Shown: in pieces, positions 1 through 10,753 of the stretch
Layout: each line of letters starts with the position of its first letter
Numbering within the stretch: position 1 is the first letter of the stretch
Source: Escherichia coli
GTDB lineage: Bacteria > Pseudomonadota > Gammaproteobacteria > Enterobacterales > Enterobacteriaceae
NCBI RefSeq assembly: GCF_002196495.1
Contig: NZ_CP021844.1
Length of the DNA: 32,000 nucleotides
Strand: one strand, 5' to 3'
Translations under genes and position numbers: made by a program
The notes under the pieces: generated by a model
The model's input: only the letters and a program-made list of their open reading frames with translations
Told to the model about the DNA's origin: nothing
The model's database searches: none

Positions 1-2
1 GC

Positions 3-290
3 CTCGACTTCTTTGATGCCTCTATCAACCGTATTGCTGCGTGGGTCATTGGTACACGCAATATGAAAAAAGCCCTGCTGCGTGCGTTGCTGGAACCTAC
101 CGCTGAGCTGCGCAAGCTGGAAGCGGCGGGCGATTACACTGCGCGTCTGGCACTGCTGGAAGAGCAGAAATCGTTGCCGTGGCAGGCGGTATGGGAAATG
201 TATTGCCAACGTCACGATACCCCAGCAGGTAGCGAATGGCTGGAGAGCGTGCGGGCTTATGAGAAAGAAATTTTGAGTCGCCGCGGGTAA
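3..290 (+). CDS. rhaA: L-rhamnose isomerase, C-terminal part (5' truncated by window edge)
   Basis: Open reading frame from the window edge ([32 protein letters not shown]...[10 protein letters not shown]) directly upstream of rhaD; synteny and recalled RhaA C-terminus. Confidence 0.93.
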
Positions 291-295
291 ACACT

Positions 296-795
296 GCCGG
301 ATGCGGCACAAGTGCCTTATCCGGCCTACAGGTCGGCAACAGTTGTAGGCCTGATAAGACGCAACAGCGTCGCATCAGGCATTGATTGCCGGATGCGGCA
401 CAAGTGCCTTATCCGGCCTACAGGTCGGCAATAGTTGTAGGCCTGATAAGACGCGACAGCGTCGCATCAGGCATTGATTGCCGGATGCGGCACGAGCGCC
501 TTATCTGGCCTACGGGTCGGCAATAGTTGTAGGCCTGATAAGACGCGACAGCGTCGCATCAGGCATTGATTGCCGGATGCGGCACGAGTGCCTTATCCGG
601 CCTACAGGTCGGCAATAGTTGTAGGCCTGATAAGACGCGACAGCGTCGCATCAGGCATTGATTGCCGGATGCGGCACGAGTGCCTTATCCGGCCTACAGG
701 TCGGCAATAGTTGTAGGCCTGATAAGACGCGACAGCGTCGCATCAGGCATTGATTGCCGGATGCGGCACGAGCGCCTTATCCGGCCTACGGGTCG
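296..795. repeat. Tandem REP/BIME array, 92-bp period, five full units plus one partial unit
   Basis: GCCGGATGCGGCAC... units start at 296, 388, 480, 572, 664 and 756. Each full unit holds two opposed REP arms (GCCGGATGCGG...CCTTATCCGGCCTAC and GTAGGCCTGATAAGACGC...GCGTCGCATCAGGC). Confidence 0.97.
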
Positions 796-832
796 TGCAT
801 CCGACAACACCGAATTTACAGGAACACAGAAC

Positions 833-1657
833 ATGCAAAACATTACCCAGTCCTGGTTTGTCCAGGGAATGATCAAAGCCACCACCGACGCCTGGCTGAA
901 AGGCTGGGACGAGCGCAACGGCGGCAACCTGACTCTGCGCCTGGATGACGCCGATATCGCACCATATCACGACAATTTCCACCAACAACCGCGCTATATT
1001 CCGCTCAGCCAGCCCATGCCTTTACTGGCAAATACGCCGTTTATTGTCACCGGCTCCGGCAAATTCTTCCGTAACGTCCAGCTTGATCCTGCGGCTAACT
1101 TAGGCATCGTAAAAGTCGACAGCGACGGCGCGGGCTACCACATTCTTTGGGGGTTAACCAACGAAGCCGTTCCCACTTCTGAACTTCCGGCTCACTTCCT
1201 TTCCCACTGCGAGCGCATTAAAGCCACCAACAGTAAAGATCGGGTGATCATGCACTGCCACGCCACCAACCTGATCGCCCTCACCTATGTACTTGAAAAC
1301 GACACCGCGGTCTTCACTCGCCAACTGTGGGAAGGCAGCACCGAGTGTCTGGTGGTATTCCCGGATGGCGTTGGCATTCTGCCGTGGATGGTACCCGGCA
1401 CGGACGAAATCGGCCAGGCAACTGCCCAAGAGATGCAAAAACATTCGCTGGTGTTGTGGCCCTTCCACGGTGTGTTCGGTTCCGGACCGACGCTGGATGA
1501 AACCTTCGGTTTAATCGACACCGCAGAAAAATCAGCACAAGTATTAGTGAAGGTTTATTCGATGGGCGGCATGAAACAGACTATCAGCCGTGAAGAGTTG
1601 ATAGCGCTCGGCCAGCGTTTCGGCGTTACACCACTCGCCAGTGCGCTGGCGCTGTAA
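833..1657 (+). CDS. rhaD: Rhamnulose-1-phosphate aldolase
   Basis: 274-aa product [37 protein letters not shown]...; start moved from 662 to ATG 833 because the upstream extension reads through the REP array. Confidence 0.96.
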   Translation: MQNITQSWFVQGMIKATTDAWLKGWDERNGGNLTLRLDDADIAPYHDNFHQQPRYIPLSQPMPLLANTPFIVTGSGKFFRNVQLDPAANLGIVKVDSDGAGYHILWGLTNEAVPTSELPAHFLSHCERIKATNSKDRVIMHCHATNLIALTYVLENDTAVFTRQLWEGSTECLVVFPDGVGILPWMVPGTDEIGQATAQEMQKHSLVLWPFHGVFGSGPTLDETFGLIDTAEKSAQVLVKVYSMGGMKQTISREELIALGQRFGVTPLASALAL

Positions 1658-1666
1658 GGAGCAAAC

Positions 1667-1981
1667 ATGATCCGCAAAGCCTTTGTCATGCAGGTAAACC
1701 CCGACGCCCACGAAGAGTATCAGCGTCGGCATAACCCCATCTGGCCGGAACTGGAAGCAGTGTTGAAATCTCACGGTGCGCATAACTACGCCATTTACCT
1801 CGACAAAGCGCGTAATCTGCTGTTTGCCATGGTAGAGATTGAATCTGAAGAACGGTGGAATGCGGTAGCCAGCACTGAAATCTGCCAACGTTGGTGGAAA
1901 TATATGACCGACGTTATGCCCGCTAACCCGGATAACAGCCCGGTGAGTAGCGAGCTGCAAGAAGTGTTTTACCTGCCTTAA
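1667..1981 (+). CDS. rhaM: L-rhamnose mutarotase
   Basis: 104-aa [46 protein letters not shown]...; last gene of rhaBADM-type order. Confidence 0.96.
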   Translation: MIRKAFVMQVNPDAHEEYQRRHNPIWPELEAVLKSHGAHNYAIYLDKARNLLFAMVEIESEERWNAVASTEICQRWWKYMTDVMPANPDNSPVSSELQEVFYLP

Positions 1982-1987
1982 TGAGTT

Positions 1988-2014
1988 GCGGTGCCGGAAA
2001 ATATCCAGCACCGC
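1988..2014. terminator. Possible bidirectional terminator between convergent rhaM and porin gene
   Basis: GCGGTGC-CGGAAAATATCCA-GCACCGC: 7-bp perfect arms with an additional inner GGA/TCC pairing, in the 40-bp convergent gap. Confidence 0.5.
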
Positions 2015-2021
2015 GCCTTCA

Positions 2022-3416
2022 TCAGAAGAAGTATTTAAAGCGAACGCGTGCGCCGTAACGGTCATCAGTATCATCACCGTGTTTTTTATCGCCGTCGCTA
2101 TCCAGAATGGAGTAATACGTCCCGAGGTAAATATTAAAGTTCTCCATATCCATCACATTAGCGAACTGATAAGACGCATGAATGGTGTGAATGGTGTACG
2201 TCCCTTCATCATCAATCCAGCAGTCGTTATCACAAACTACACCGCTGAATTCATCAATCTTATTGTGCGCGTAGATATAACCTAGCTCGAAACGTTTCCA
2301 CAGCGCGTTAATCCCGGCAGTGAAATCTTTCTCATTATTAGCATCTAAATAGGCGGTATTAAGATTAACCACAATGCCATTGTCCGGATCCGTTTTCAGG
2401 CCGTTCCAGGTCATGCTCATACCATAGCCGGTACGATCGGACTGATCGACAAAATTACCCTTGCTATCGGTATAACCATAAGCATTATTTACCACGTTCG
2501 CTTCCATCGCTGCGGAAACGGTGAATTCTTCCGTCGGCGACCAGGCAATTACTGGGCGCAGATAAGCAACATTTTTCTGCTGCTCCATATCGCGTCCATG
2601 ATAATTACCGTCATTATATAAAGATGTTCCGTCTTCAAGTAACGTGTTTAATTCAAAATACCAGTTATCGAGTTGTTTGCTGACGAGGAAATTACCGCCA
2701 GCGTTAGAGCGCCCGCGGCCCTCTTTCATCATATAGATATAACCGCTGCCATCGTCATAAAGATCGTTCGCAGTATTACCGGAATGTTCAACAAAGGTAT
2801 CCTGATTCAGCGGGAACATATCGTAGGCTTCAAAACGGCCTACTTTGACCTTCCAGTCGTTTTCTTTGCCAAAGAAGAATACCGCATCATCGATATTTAC
2901 TGAACCGTGCATATCCCCCAGCGGTTGTGCGGAGAACCCGGCGAAATAGCCATTATCCAGTTTTCGCATACCATCAAAACCTAACAGAATACGACCATTG
3001 AGATTCCACTGCTCATTAGTGGGATCGCTATTCACATCAGCGTTGGTCATTGCCAGCAGGCCATGATTACTTTCCGCATCCATATTAAATTCTACATCGC
3101 CGTAGATTTTTAAATCGCCATAACCTGAAAGCAAAAGATTAGGTGAGGTGGCATTTTTCTTTGCAGATTCCGCTGTTGTCTGTCCATTTACCGGCGTATT
3201 GCCCTGGGCAGCCTTAATTTCGCGGATCTCAGCGGCTTGTTGTGTCTGCAGCTGTTTAACCTGGCTCTCTGCTTTTGCCGCCCGCATTTCTGCCGCTTCC
3301 AGGCGTTCTTCCAGCAATGCCATGCGTTGTTCCAGCGTTAAATGCTGTGTTTTTGCCATACCGGTACTACATGCCAATAATAAACCGATGGCTAAAGATA
3401 ATGTCGATTTTTTCAT
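2022..3416 (-). CDS. Carbohydrate-selective outer membrane porin (RafY/ScrY-like glycoporin)
   Basis: 464 aa with signal peptide MKKSTLSLAIGLLLACSTGMA, N-terminal coiled-coil segment (LEQRMALLEERLEAAEMRAAKAESQVKQLQ), beta-barrel-like body, and terminal aromatic residues (RARVRFKYFF). Confidence 0.85.
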   Translation of the reverse strand: MKKSTLSLAIGLLLACSTGMAKTQHLTLEQRMALLEERLEAAEMRAAKAESQVKQLQTQQAAEIREIKAAQGNTPVNGQTTAESAKKNATSPNLLLSGYGDLKIYGDVEFNMDAESNHGLLAMTNADVNSDPTNEQWNLNGRILLGFDGMRKLDNGYFAGFSAQPLGDMHGSVNIDDAVFFFGKENDWKVKVGRFEAYDMFPLNQDTFVEHSGNTANDLYDDGSGYIYMMKEGRGRSNAGGNFLVSKQLDNWYFELNTLLEDGTSLYNDGNYHGRDMEQQKNVAYLRPVIAWSPTEEFTVSAAMEANVVNNAYGYTDSKGNFVDQSDRTGYGMSMTWNGLKTDPDNGIVVNLNTAYLDANNEKDFTAGINALWKRFELGYIYAHNKIDEFSGVVCDNDCWIDDEGTYTIHTIHASYQFANVMDMENFNIYLGTYYSILDSDGDKKHGDDTDDRYGARVRFKYFF

Positions 3417-3893
3417 TATTTACGTTCCCTGAAATAAAGGAGGCCCTACGCTTTCCAAAAGGAATACGTATTTAGAGAAATATAAAGTGTGCACTTTCGA
3501 ATTTTTAATCCAACTTCAGCAGGCCGATGGATAGTATCCCGCCGCATAATATGAGTAAATCCGCTGATTTCCTGGAACGTGAGGAATATAACAATAGTGC
3601 CGTTTTTAACTAAATATCGTAAAAAATATTAGATATGATTCAAGCTGACTCATAAGCCACAAATATAAATAACGTTTAGACAAATTATCTGAGACATTTA
3701 AACATTCACAAAATCATTAAATAATAACTCTTTATTCACAAGATTTATTTTACCTACTAATATGTGCCTTACGCCGCAAAATTTATCCTTCACTCTGCTT
3801 TATATTGTCACGACTTCACGACATATCCGCGCTCATCACAAACCCGCCCCGCTATTACAATAAACTGAAATATTTTTTCATGGAGTCCGATTA

Positions 3894-4340
3894 ATGGCAG
3901 CTCTTACTGCAAGCTGTATTGACCTGAATATTCAGGGCAATGGCGCTTATTCCGTTCTGAAGCAGTTGGCGACAATGGCGTTACAAAACGGTTTTATCAC
4001 CGACTCACACCAGTTCCTGCAAACCCTGCTGCTGCGCGAAAAAATGCACTCCACCGGTTTTGGTTCTGGTGTCGCCGTGCCGCACGGTAAAAGCGCCTGC
4101 GTTAAACAACCGTTCGTGTTATTCGCCCGCAAAGCGCAGGCTATTGACTGGAAAGCCAGCGACGGCGAAGACGTCAATTGCTGGATCTGCCTCGGCGTGC
4201 CGCAAAGTGGCGAAGAGGATCAGGTCAAAATCATCGGCACACTGTGTCGCAAAATTATTCACCAGGATTTTATTCACCAACTGCAACAGGGCGACGCCGA
4301 CCAGGTGCTTGCCTTGTTAAATCAAACCCTCAGCTCATAA
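3894..4340 (+). CDS. frvA: PTS EIIA component, fructose-like
   Basis: 148-aa protein with EIIA-Fru-like segment REKMHSTGFGSGVAVPHGKSACVKQPFVLFARK; operon context. Confidence 0.93.
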   Translation: MAALTASCIDLNIQGNGAYSVLKQLATMALQNGFITDSHQFLQTLLLREKMHSTGFGSGVAVPHGKSACVKQPFVLFARKAQAIDWKASDGEDVNCWICLGVPQSGEEDQVKIIGTLCRKIIHQDFIHQLQQGDADQVLALLNQTLSS

Positions 4341-4350
4341 GGAAGTGGCG

Positions 4351-5802
4351 ATGGAGTCATCCTTACGTATTGTCGCGATCACCAACTGCCCCGCCGGGAT
4401 CGCTCACACCTACATGGTGGCGGAAGCCCTGGAACAGAAAGCCCGTTCTCTCGGCCATACCATAAAAGTGGAAACTCAAGGGTCCAGCGGCGTTGAAAAC
4501 CGCTTATCCAGCGAAGAGATTGCCGCTGCCGATTACGTGATTCTCGCCACCGGGCGTGGCCTGAGCGGTGACGATCGCGCACGGTTTGCCGGGAAAAAAG
4601 TTTATGAGATTGCCATCTCCCAGGCGCTGAAAAATATCGATCAGATTTTCAGCGAATTACCAACAAACTCGCAGCTTTTTGCCGCAGATAGCGGCGTGAA
4701 GCTAGGCAAACAGGAAGTACAAAGCGGCAGCGTGATGAGCCACCTGATGGCGGGCGTCTCTGCGGCGCTGCCGTTTGTCATCGGCGGTGGTATCCTGGTG
4801 GCGCTTGCCAACATGCTGGTGCAGTTCGGTTTGCCGTATACCGATATGTCGAAAGGCGCGCCGTCGTTTACCTGGGTAGTTGAATCCATCGGTTACCTTG
4901 GCTTCACCTTTATGATCCCCATCATGGGCGCTTATATTGCCTCGTCGATTGCCGATAAACCGGCTTTCGCTCCGGCGTTTCTGGTTTGCTATCTGGCGAA
5001 CGACAAAGCGCTGCTCGGCACCCAGTCGGGTGCGGGATTCCTCGGCGCGGTGGTGCTGGGGCTGGCGATTGGCTATTTCGTCTTCTGGTTCCGTAAAGTC
5101 CGTCTTGGCAAAGCATTACAACCGCTGCTCGGTTCAATGCTGATCCCGTTCGTTACTCTGCTGGTTTTCGGCGTGCTCACTTACTACGTTATCGGACCGG
5201 TGATGTCCGACCTCATGGGCGGGCTGCTCCACTTCCTGAATACCATTCCTCCATCAATGAAGTTTGCGGCAGCGTTTCTGGTCGGTGCGATGCTGGCGTT
5301 CGATATGGGCGGCCCCATCAATAAAACCGCCTGGTTCTTCTGCTTCTCACTGCTGGAAAAACACATTTATGACTGGTACGCCATCGTCGGCGTTGTCGCG
5401 CTGATGCCGCCCGTCGCGGCGGGTCTTGCGACGTTCATTGCGCCCAAACTGTTTACCCGACAGGAAAAAGAGGCTGCCAGTAGTGCCATTGTGGTCGGTG
5501 CCACAGTCGCAACCGAACCGGCTATTCCTTACGCTCTGGCAGCTCCGTTGCCGATGATTACCGCCAATACGCTGGCGGGCGGCATTACCGGCGTGCTGGT
5601 GATCGCTTTCGGAATCAAACGTCTGGCACCTGGTTTAGGTATCTTTGACCCGCTGATCGGCCTGATGTCGCCGGTGGGTTCGTTTTATCTGGTGCTGGCG
5701 ATTGGCCTCGCGCTGAACATTTCATTCATTATCGTCCTGAAAGGATTGTGGTTACGCCGCAAAGCGAAAGCCGCGCAACAGGAGCTTGTCCATGAACATT
5801 GA
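4351..5802 (+). CDS. frvB: PTS EIIBC component, fructose-like
   Basis: EIIB start (RIVAITNCPAGIAHTYMVAEALEQKA) followed by EIIC (VGAMLAFDMGGPINKTAW); ATG 4351 gives 483 aa, the track start 4345 adds two residues. Confidence 0.93.
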   Translation: MESSLRIVAITNCPAGIAHTYMVAEALEQKARSLGHTIKVETQGSSGVENRLSSEEIAAADYVILATGRGLSGDDRARFAGKKVYEIAISQALKNIDQIFSELPTNSQLFAADSGVKLGKQEVQSGSVMSHLMAGVSAALPFVIGGGILVALANMLVQFGLPYTDMSKGAPSFTWVVESIGYLGFTFMIPIMGAYIASSIADKPAFAPAFLVCYLANDKALLGTQSGAGFLGAVVLGLAIGYFVFWFRKVRLGKALQPLLGSMLIPFVTLLVFGVLTYYVIGPVMSDLMGGLLHFLNTIPPSMKFAAAFLVGAMLAFDMGGPINKTAWFFCFSLLEKHIYDWYAIVGVVALMPPVAAGLATFIAPKLFTRQEKEAASSAIVVGATVATEPAIPYALAAPLPMITANTLAGGITGVLVIAFGIKRLAPGLGIFDPLIGLMSPVGSFYLVLAIGLALNISFIIVLKGLWLRRKAKAAQQELVHEH

Positions 5803-6862
5803 GTTACTGCAACAGTTGTGCGAAGCCAGCGCCGTCAGCGGCGATGAACAGGAAGTTCGCGACATTCTGATAAACACGCTGGAACCTTGCGTTAATGAGA
5901 TCACCTTTGATGGTCTGGGCAGCTTTGTTGCCCGTAAGGGAAATAAAGGTCCAAAAGTTGCCGTTGTCGGGCATATGGATGAAGTCGGCTTTATGGTCAC
6001 CCACATCGACGAGAGCGGTTTTCTGCGCTTTACCACCATTGGCGGCTGGTGGAATCAGTCGATGCTCAACCACCGGGTAACCATACGCACACACAAGGGA
6101 TATAAAATCCCTGGTGTGATTGGTTCCGTCGCGCCTCATGCGTTAACGGAAAAGCAAAAGCAACAACCGCTGTCATTTGATGAGATGTTCATTGATATTG
6201 GCGCGAAAAGTCGCGAAGAAGCGGAAAAGCGCGGCGTGGAAATTGGCGATTTTATTAGCCCGGAAGCCAATTTTGCCTGCTGGGGCGAAGATAAAGTAGT
6301 CGGCAAGGCGCTGGATAACCGCATCGGCTGCGCGATGATGGCGGAGCTACTACAGACAGTAAATAACCCAGAAATTACGCTGTATGGCGTTGGCAGTGTG
6401 GAAGAAGAAGTTGGGCTACGCGGGGCACAAACCTCGGCTGAACACACTAAACCGGATGTGGTGATCGTGCTGGATACCGCCGTCGCAGGTGATGTTCCGG
6501 GCATTGATAACATTAAATACCCGCTGAAACTGGGCAACGGGCCGGGGCTGATGCTGTTTGACAAGCGCTACTTACCCAACCAGAAACTGGTGGCGGCGTT
6601 AAAAAACTGTGCCGCACATAACGGTTTACCGCTGCAATTTTCCACCATGAAAACCGGAGCGACGGATGGCGGGCGCTACAACGTGATGGGCGGCGGGCGT
6701 CCGGTTGTCGCGCTGTGTCTGCCAACTCGTTATCTGCACGCTAACAGCGGTATGATTTCAAAAGCCGATTATGATGCTCTGCTCACGCTGATACGGGATT
6801 TTCTGACGACCTTAACTGCGGAGAAAGTCAACGCGTTTAGTCAGTTCCGTCAGGTGGATTAA
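5792..6862 (+). CDS. frvX: M42-family aminopeptidase/endoglucanase-like peptidase
   Basis: M42 motifs VAVVGHMDEVGFMV, VGKALDNRIGCAMM, VGSVEEEVGLRGA, DTAVAGDVPG; ATG at 5792 gives 356 aa. Confidence 0.93.
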   Translation: MNIELLQQLCEASAVSGDEQEVRDILINTLEPCVNEITFDGLGSFVARKGNKGPKVAVVGHMDEVGFMVTHIDESGFLRFTTIGGWWNQSMLNHRVTIRTHKGYKIPGVIGSVAPHALTEKQKQQPLSFDEMFIDIGAKSREEAEKRGVEIGDFISPEANFACWGEDKVVGKALDNRIGCAMMAELLQTVNNPEITLYGVGSVEEEVGLRGAQTSAEHTKPDVVIVLDTAVAGDVPGIDNIKYPLKLGNGPGLMLFDKRYLPNQKLVAALKNCAAHNGLPLQFSTMKTGATDGGRYNVMGGGRPVVALCLPTRYLHANSGMISKADYDALLTLIRDFLTTLTAEKVNAFSQFRQVD

Positions 6863-8610
6863 TGCTAAACGAACGCCAGTTAAAGATTGTCGATCTGCTG
6901 GAGCAACAGCCGCGCACGCCTGGCGAGCTGGCGCAACAGACTGGCGTTTCAGGCAGGACCATCCTGCGTGATATTGACTATCTCAACTTCACCCTTAACG
7001 GCAAAGCCCGCATTTTCGCCAGTGGCAGTGCGGGCTATCAGCTGGAAATCTTCGAGCGCCGCAGTTTTTTTCAGTTGCTGCAAAAGCACGATAACGACGA
7101 TCGGCTGCTGGCGCTGTTATTACTGAATACTTTCACTCCCCGTGCGCAACTCGACTCGGCGCTTAATTTGCCAGAAACGTGGGTAGCAGAGCGTCTGTCC
7201 CGGTTAAAACAGCGTTATGAACGCACTTGTTGCCTGGCCAGTCGCCCCGGTTTGGGCCATTTCATTGATGAAACAGAAGAGAAACGCGTTATCTTGCTGG
7301 CGAACTTGCTACGCAAAGATCCGTTTTTAATACCGCTGGCGGGCGTAACACGAGACAACCTTCAGCAATTATCCACGGTCTGCGACAACCAACACCGCTG
7401 GCCGCTGATGCAGGGTGATTATCTCTCCAGCCTGATTCTGGCGATTTACGCCCTGCGTAATCAGCTTACTGACACATGGCCGCAATATCCCGGTAACGAG
7501 ATAAAACAAATCGTTGAACAGAGCGGCCTGTTTCTTGGTGATAACGCTGTAAGAACCCTGACAGGTTTGATAGAGAAACAGCATCAGCAAGCGCAGGTAA
7601 TTTCTGCCGATCATGTGCTGGGGTTGCTGCAAAGGGTGCCAGGCATCGCGTCATTGAATATTATTGATACGCAGTTGGTTGAGAATATTACCGGGCATTT
7701 ATTACGTTGCCTTGCCGCACCAGTGTGGATTGCTGAGCATCGCCAAAGCAGCATGAATAACCTGAAAGCCGCCTGGCCTGCGGCCTTTGATATGAGTCTG
7801 CACTTTATTACGCTACTGCGTGAACAGCTCGATATTCCCCTTTTCGACAGCGATCTGATCGGTTTGTATTTTGCCTGTGCGCTGGAACGACATCAAAACG
7901 AACGCCAGCCGATCATTTTGCTCTCGGACCAGAACGCGATTGCCACTATTAATCAGCTCGCCATTGAGCGCGATGTTTTACATTGTCGGGTGATTATTGC
8001 CCGTAGCTTAAGCGAGCTTGTTGCCATTCGCGAAGAGATTGAGCCGTTATTGATCATTAACAACAGCCATTATTTACTGGATGACGCGGTAAATCATTAC
8101 ATCACCGTAAAAAATATCATTACGGCTGCCGGTATCGAACAAATAAAACATTTTCTGGCGACGGCATTTATTCGCCAACAACCGGAGCGTTTTTTCTCTG
8201 CCCCCGGAAGTTTTCATTATTCGAATGTACGCGGTGAAAGCTGGCAACATATTACCCGGCAAATTTGTGCGCAATTAGTCGCACAACACCATATTACCGC
8301 CGATGAAGCGCAACGGATCATCGCCCGCGAAGGCGAAGGTGAAAACCTGATTGTTAATCGCCTCGCCATCCCACATTGCTGGAGCGAACAGGAGCGACGT
8401 TTTCGTGGATTTTTTATTACCCTCGCCCAACCAGTTGAGGTGAATAACGAAGTCATTAACCATGTCTTGATCGCCTGCGCCGCCGCCGATGCGCGTCATG
8501 AGCTAAAAATATTTAGCTATCTGGCAAGCGTATTGTGTCAGCATCCGGCGGAGACTATTGTCGGACTAACGGGGTATGAAGGGTTTATGGCGTTACTTCG
8601 CCAGGGGTGA
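6862..8610 (+). CDS. frvR: BglG/MtlR-type transcriptional regulator with PTS-related domains
   Basis: 582-aa protein; N-terminal HTH (LKIVDLLEQQPRTPGELAQQTGVSGRTILRDIDYLN), C-terminal EIIA-like region; TAATG overlap with frvX. Confidence 0.92.
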   Translation: MLNERQLKIVDLLEQQPRTPGELAQQTGVSGRTILRDIDYLNFTLNGKARIFASGSAGYQLEIFERRSFFQLLQKHDNDDRLLALLLLNTFTPRAQLDSALNLPETWVAERLSRLKQRYERTCCLASRPGLGHFIDETEEKRVILLANLLRKDPFLIPLAGVTRDNLQQLSTVCDNQHRWPLMQGDYLSSLILAIYALRNQLTDTWPQYPGNEIKQIVEQSGLFLGDNAVRTLTGLIEKQHQQAQVISADHVLGLLQRVPGIASLNIIDTQLVENITGHLLRCLAAPVWIAEHRQSSMNNLKAAWPAAFDMSLHFITLLREQLDIPLFDSDLIGLYFACALERHQNERQPIILLSDQNAIATINQLAIERDVLHCRVIIARSLSELVAIREEIEPLLIINNSHYLLDDAVNHYITVKNIITAAGIEQIKHFLATAFIRQQPERFFSAPGSFHYSNVRGESWQHITRQICAQLVAQHHITADEAQRIIAREGEGENLIVNRLAIPHCWSEQERRFRGFFITLAQPVEVNNEVINHVLIACAAADARHELKIFSYLASVLCQHPAETIVGLTGYEGFMALLRQG

Positions 8611-8612
8611 AT

Positions 8613-8684
8613 GATGTCGGATGCACCGCTAACACGGCTTAACGACGTTTAGGTCGGATAAGGCGTTTACGCCGCATCCGACCT
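8613..8684. repeat. REP element pair
   Basis: TGTCGGATGCACCGCT...TTTAGGTCGGATAAGGCGTTTACGCCGCATCCGAC, a REP-like inverted pair between convergent frvR and yiiG. Confidence 0.8.
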
Positions 8685-8711
8685 TGTATTTCTCAGCAAA
8701 AACAAAAACGT

Positions 8712-9767
8712 TTAACGCAGGCGATTATAATCATCGACCATTTCGTTGTACTCGCGTAATGCTCTCGGGAAAGAGTCTTCGACCATCCAGCTTGAGTTTG
8801 CGTCCTGAAGTTGCTCTTTATCCCAGTCAGAGTACGGGACTTTATCTCTGATGCGGCGAACGTATTTTTTAGCCTCGAGTTGATACTGGCCTGCCGAATT
8901 AATAAACGAGAAATTCATGCCGCCTTTATCCGCTTCTTTGGCCTGCGCCACCAGCGTTTCCAGTTCAGACACTTTCTTCATTGCCGCTTCTGCATCAAAC
9001 TCATCTTGCGATATCAGGTTATTAATTTGTTTCGCTGAAATCATGACTGCCAGAGAGTAGTAGTGGAATGTTCTCCCTTCTCTTTCTTCAATATTTTTCA
9101 GCTCCGCAAGCTGGCGCTTATCATTAATTTCCTGAATCGCCGCATGATAAGATTCTGCTACAGGTTCAAAGGCTTCCAGATTTTTTAAGAATGTCTGGTG
9201 CAGCGTTTTCCCTTTCGCAAACGCATCGTCTTTATAATTTTCCTGGGTGTAATATTTATCCATTTCGTTAATGGTATTACCCAACGCCACGGCAGCATCG
9301 ATATAACTCACCGCCACGCCATCAATTGGTTGCAGCGCAGGCGTTAACGCCACAGCACTTTTTACGCCTTTTTCACACTCAGCGAGGCTGGATTCACTAA
9401 TGCCGTAGATGCCATAAACAGTACGCTCTTCACCGGTAGGCCCCTGTTTAAAATCTTTCAGCCAGTCAGCATAACGCGCCAGACTGCGCTGTACCGGGAT
9501 CTGTAACTTGTTGTAGCACTTGATATAGACATCCATTTTTTCGTCGAAAACCGCTTGTTCATCGACCACCGGTTGCGCAGGTGTTTCAGGTTTAGCTTCT
9601 GCTTTTGCAACGGGAGCTTCAGTAGGTTTCGCTTCAGGAGCTGGTGCGGCAGGTTGACTATTGGCAGGCGGGAGCGTTTCTGTTTCGGCTTTTTTATCAT
9701 CACAACCCGTCAGACCGAGGGCCATGATGGCGACTATAATAGCGGAAGATAATAAATTCCTTTTCAT
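8712..9767 (-). CDS. yiiG: YiiG family lipoprotein of unknown function
   Basis: 351 aa; lipobox-like signal (MKRNLLSSAIIVAIMALGLTGCDDKKAE) and Pro/Ala/Glu-rich linker followed by a DUF3829-like body. Confidence 0.92.
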   Translation of the reverse strand: MKRNLLSSAIIVAIMALGLTGCDDKKAETETLPPANSQPAAPAPEAKPTEAPVAKAEAKPETPAQPVVDEQAVFDEKMDVYIKCYNKLQIPVQRSLARYADWLKDFKQGPTGEERTVYGIYGISESSLAECEKGVKSAVALTPALQPIDGVAVSYIDAAVALGNTINEMDKYYTQENYKDDAFAKGKTLHQTFLKNLEAFEPVAESYHAAIQEINDKRQLAELKNIEEREGRTFHYYSLAVMISAKQINNLISQDEFDAEAAMKKVSELETLVAQAKEADKGGMNFSFINSAGQYQLEAKKYVRRIRDKVPYSDWDKEQLQDANSSWMVEDSFPRALREYNEMVDDYNRLR

Positions 9768-9919
9768 TTAATTGCCTTATAAATATATAGATAAGAGAGT
9801 GAACATAATAAATGAAAAAAGAAAACGCCACTACACGCATTTTGTTTATAAATAAAATAATAAAATTCACGAAATGAATAAGTCCTGCAATTTAATATAT
9901 ATCGCAGGACTTATTTTAA

Positions 9920-10753
9920 TTAATTGCTCAAACGCTGCGGATGGGTATAAACCGTTGCCCGACCCGGTTTACAAAAACCTACCAGTGTCAAATTACAGCG
10001 CTCAGCCACTTCTACAGCAAGCGTGGTCGCGGCAGACACCGCAAACAAAATCTCTACGCCGCACATCGCCGACTTTTGCACCATTTCATAACTGGCACGA
10101 CTGGAAACCAGTACCGCACCTTGCTGCCAGCTTTCCCCTTCTTGTGACCGGCGGCCTAACAGTTTGTCCAGCGCCACATGGCGACCCACGTCTTCATGCC
10201 CGCCGACCAGTTCGCCAGATGGCAACATCCAGGCAGCGGCGTGAGTACAACCAGTCAGTTGTCCCACTGGCTGAAAATCGTTGAGATGACGTAATGCATC
10301 ATCCAGTTTGTTGAGATCAAACGTCTGGGTGAACGGTAGCGGCTGCACCGGTTTTCCGATGTCATTAAGTTGCTCCACGCCGCATACGCCACAGCCCGTA
10401 CGTCCCGCCAGCGCCCGGCGGCGCTCCTTCAACCCCATAAAGCGGCGGCTGGAAAGCTCAATTTGTACTTCAAGACCATTACAGGAAGGAACGACATCCA
10501 TGCCGAAGATATCGCGCGGACTTTCTATTATCCCCTCGGAAAGCGAAAAACCGAGCGCAAAGTACTCAAGGTCTTTGGGCGACGCCATCATCACCACATG
10601 CGAAATGCCGTTGTAGACCAGCGCAACGGGAACTTCTTCCGCGACCTCATCTAACCGTGGGTGTTGTAAATCATCACGCCGCCATAACTCAATTTGACGA
10701 ACACCTGTGATATTTGTCACATTTTCGATTTCTTTTTGCTGTGTTTTTTTCAC
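9920..10753 (-). CDS. fdhD: Formate dehydrogenase accessory sulfurtransferase
   Basis: 277 aa with the CGVCG motif ([11 protein letters not shown]); divergent from fdoG. Confidence 0.97.

Noticed and set aside
296-795. Regularly spaced repeats that could be mistaken for a CRISPR array
   Set aside because: The whole 92-bp period is repeated, with no unique spacers; arms match REP/BIME consensus and there are no cas genes.
662-832. N-terminal extension of the rhaD ORF into the REP array
   Set aside because: Translation of repeat DNA; the RhaD homology begins at ATG 833 with a preceding AGGAACA ribosome-binding-like sequence.
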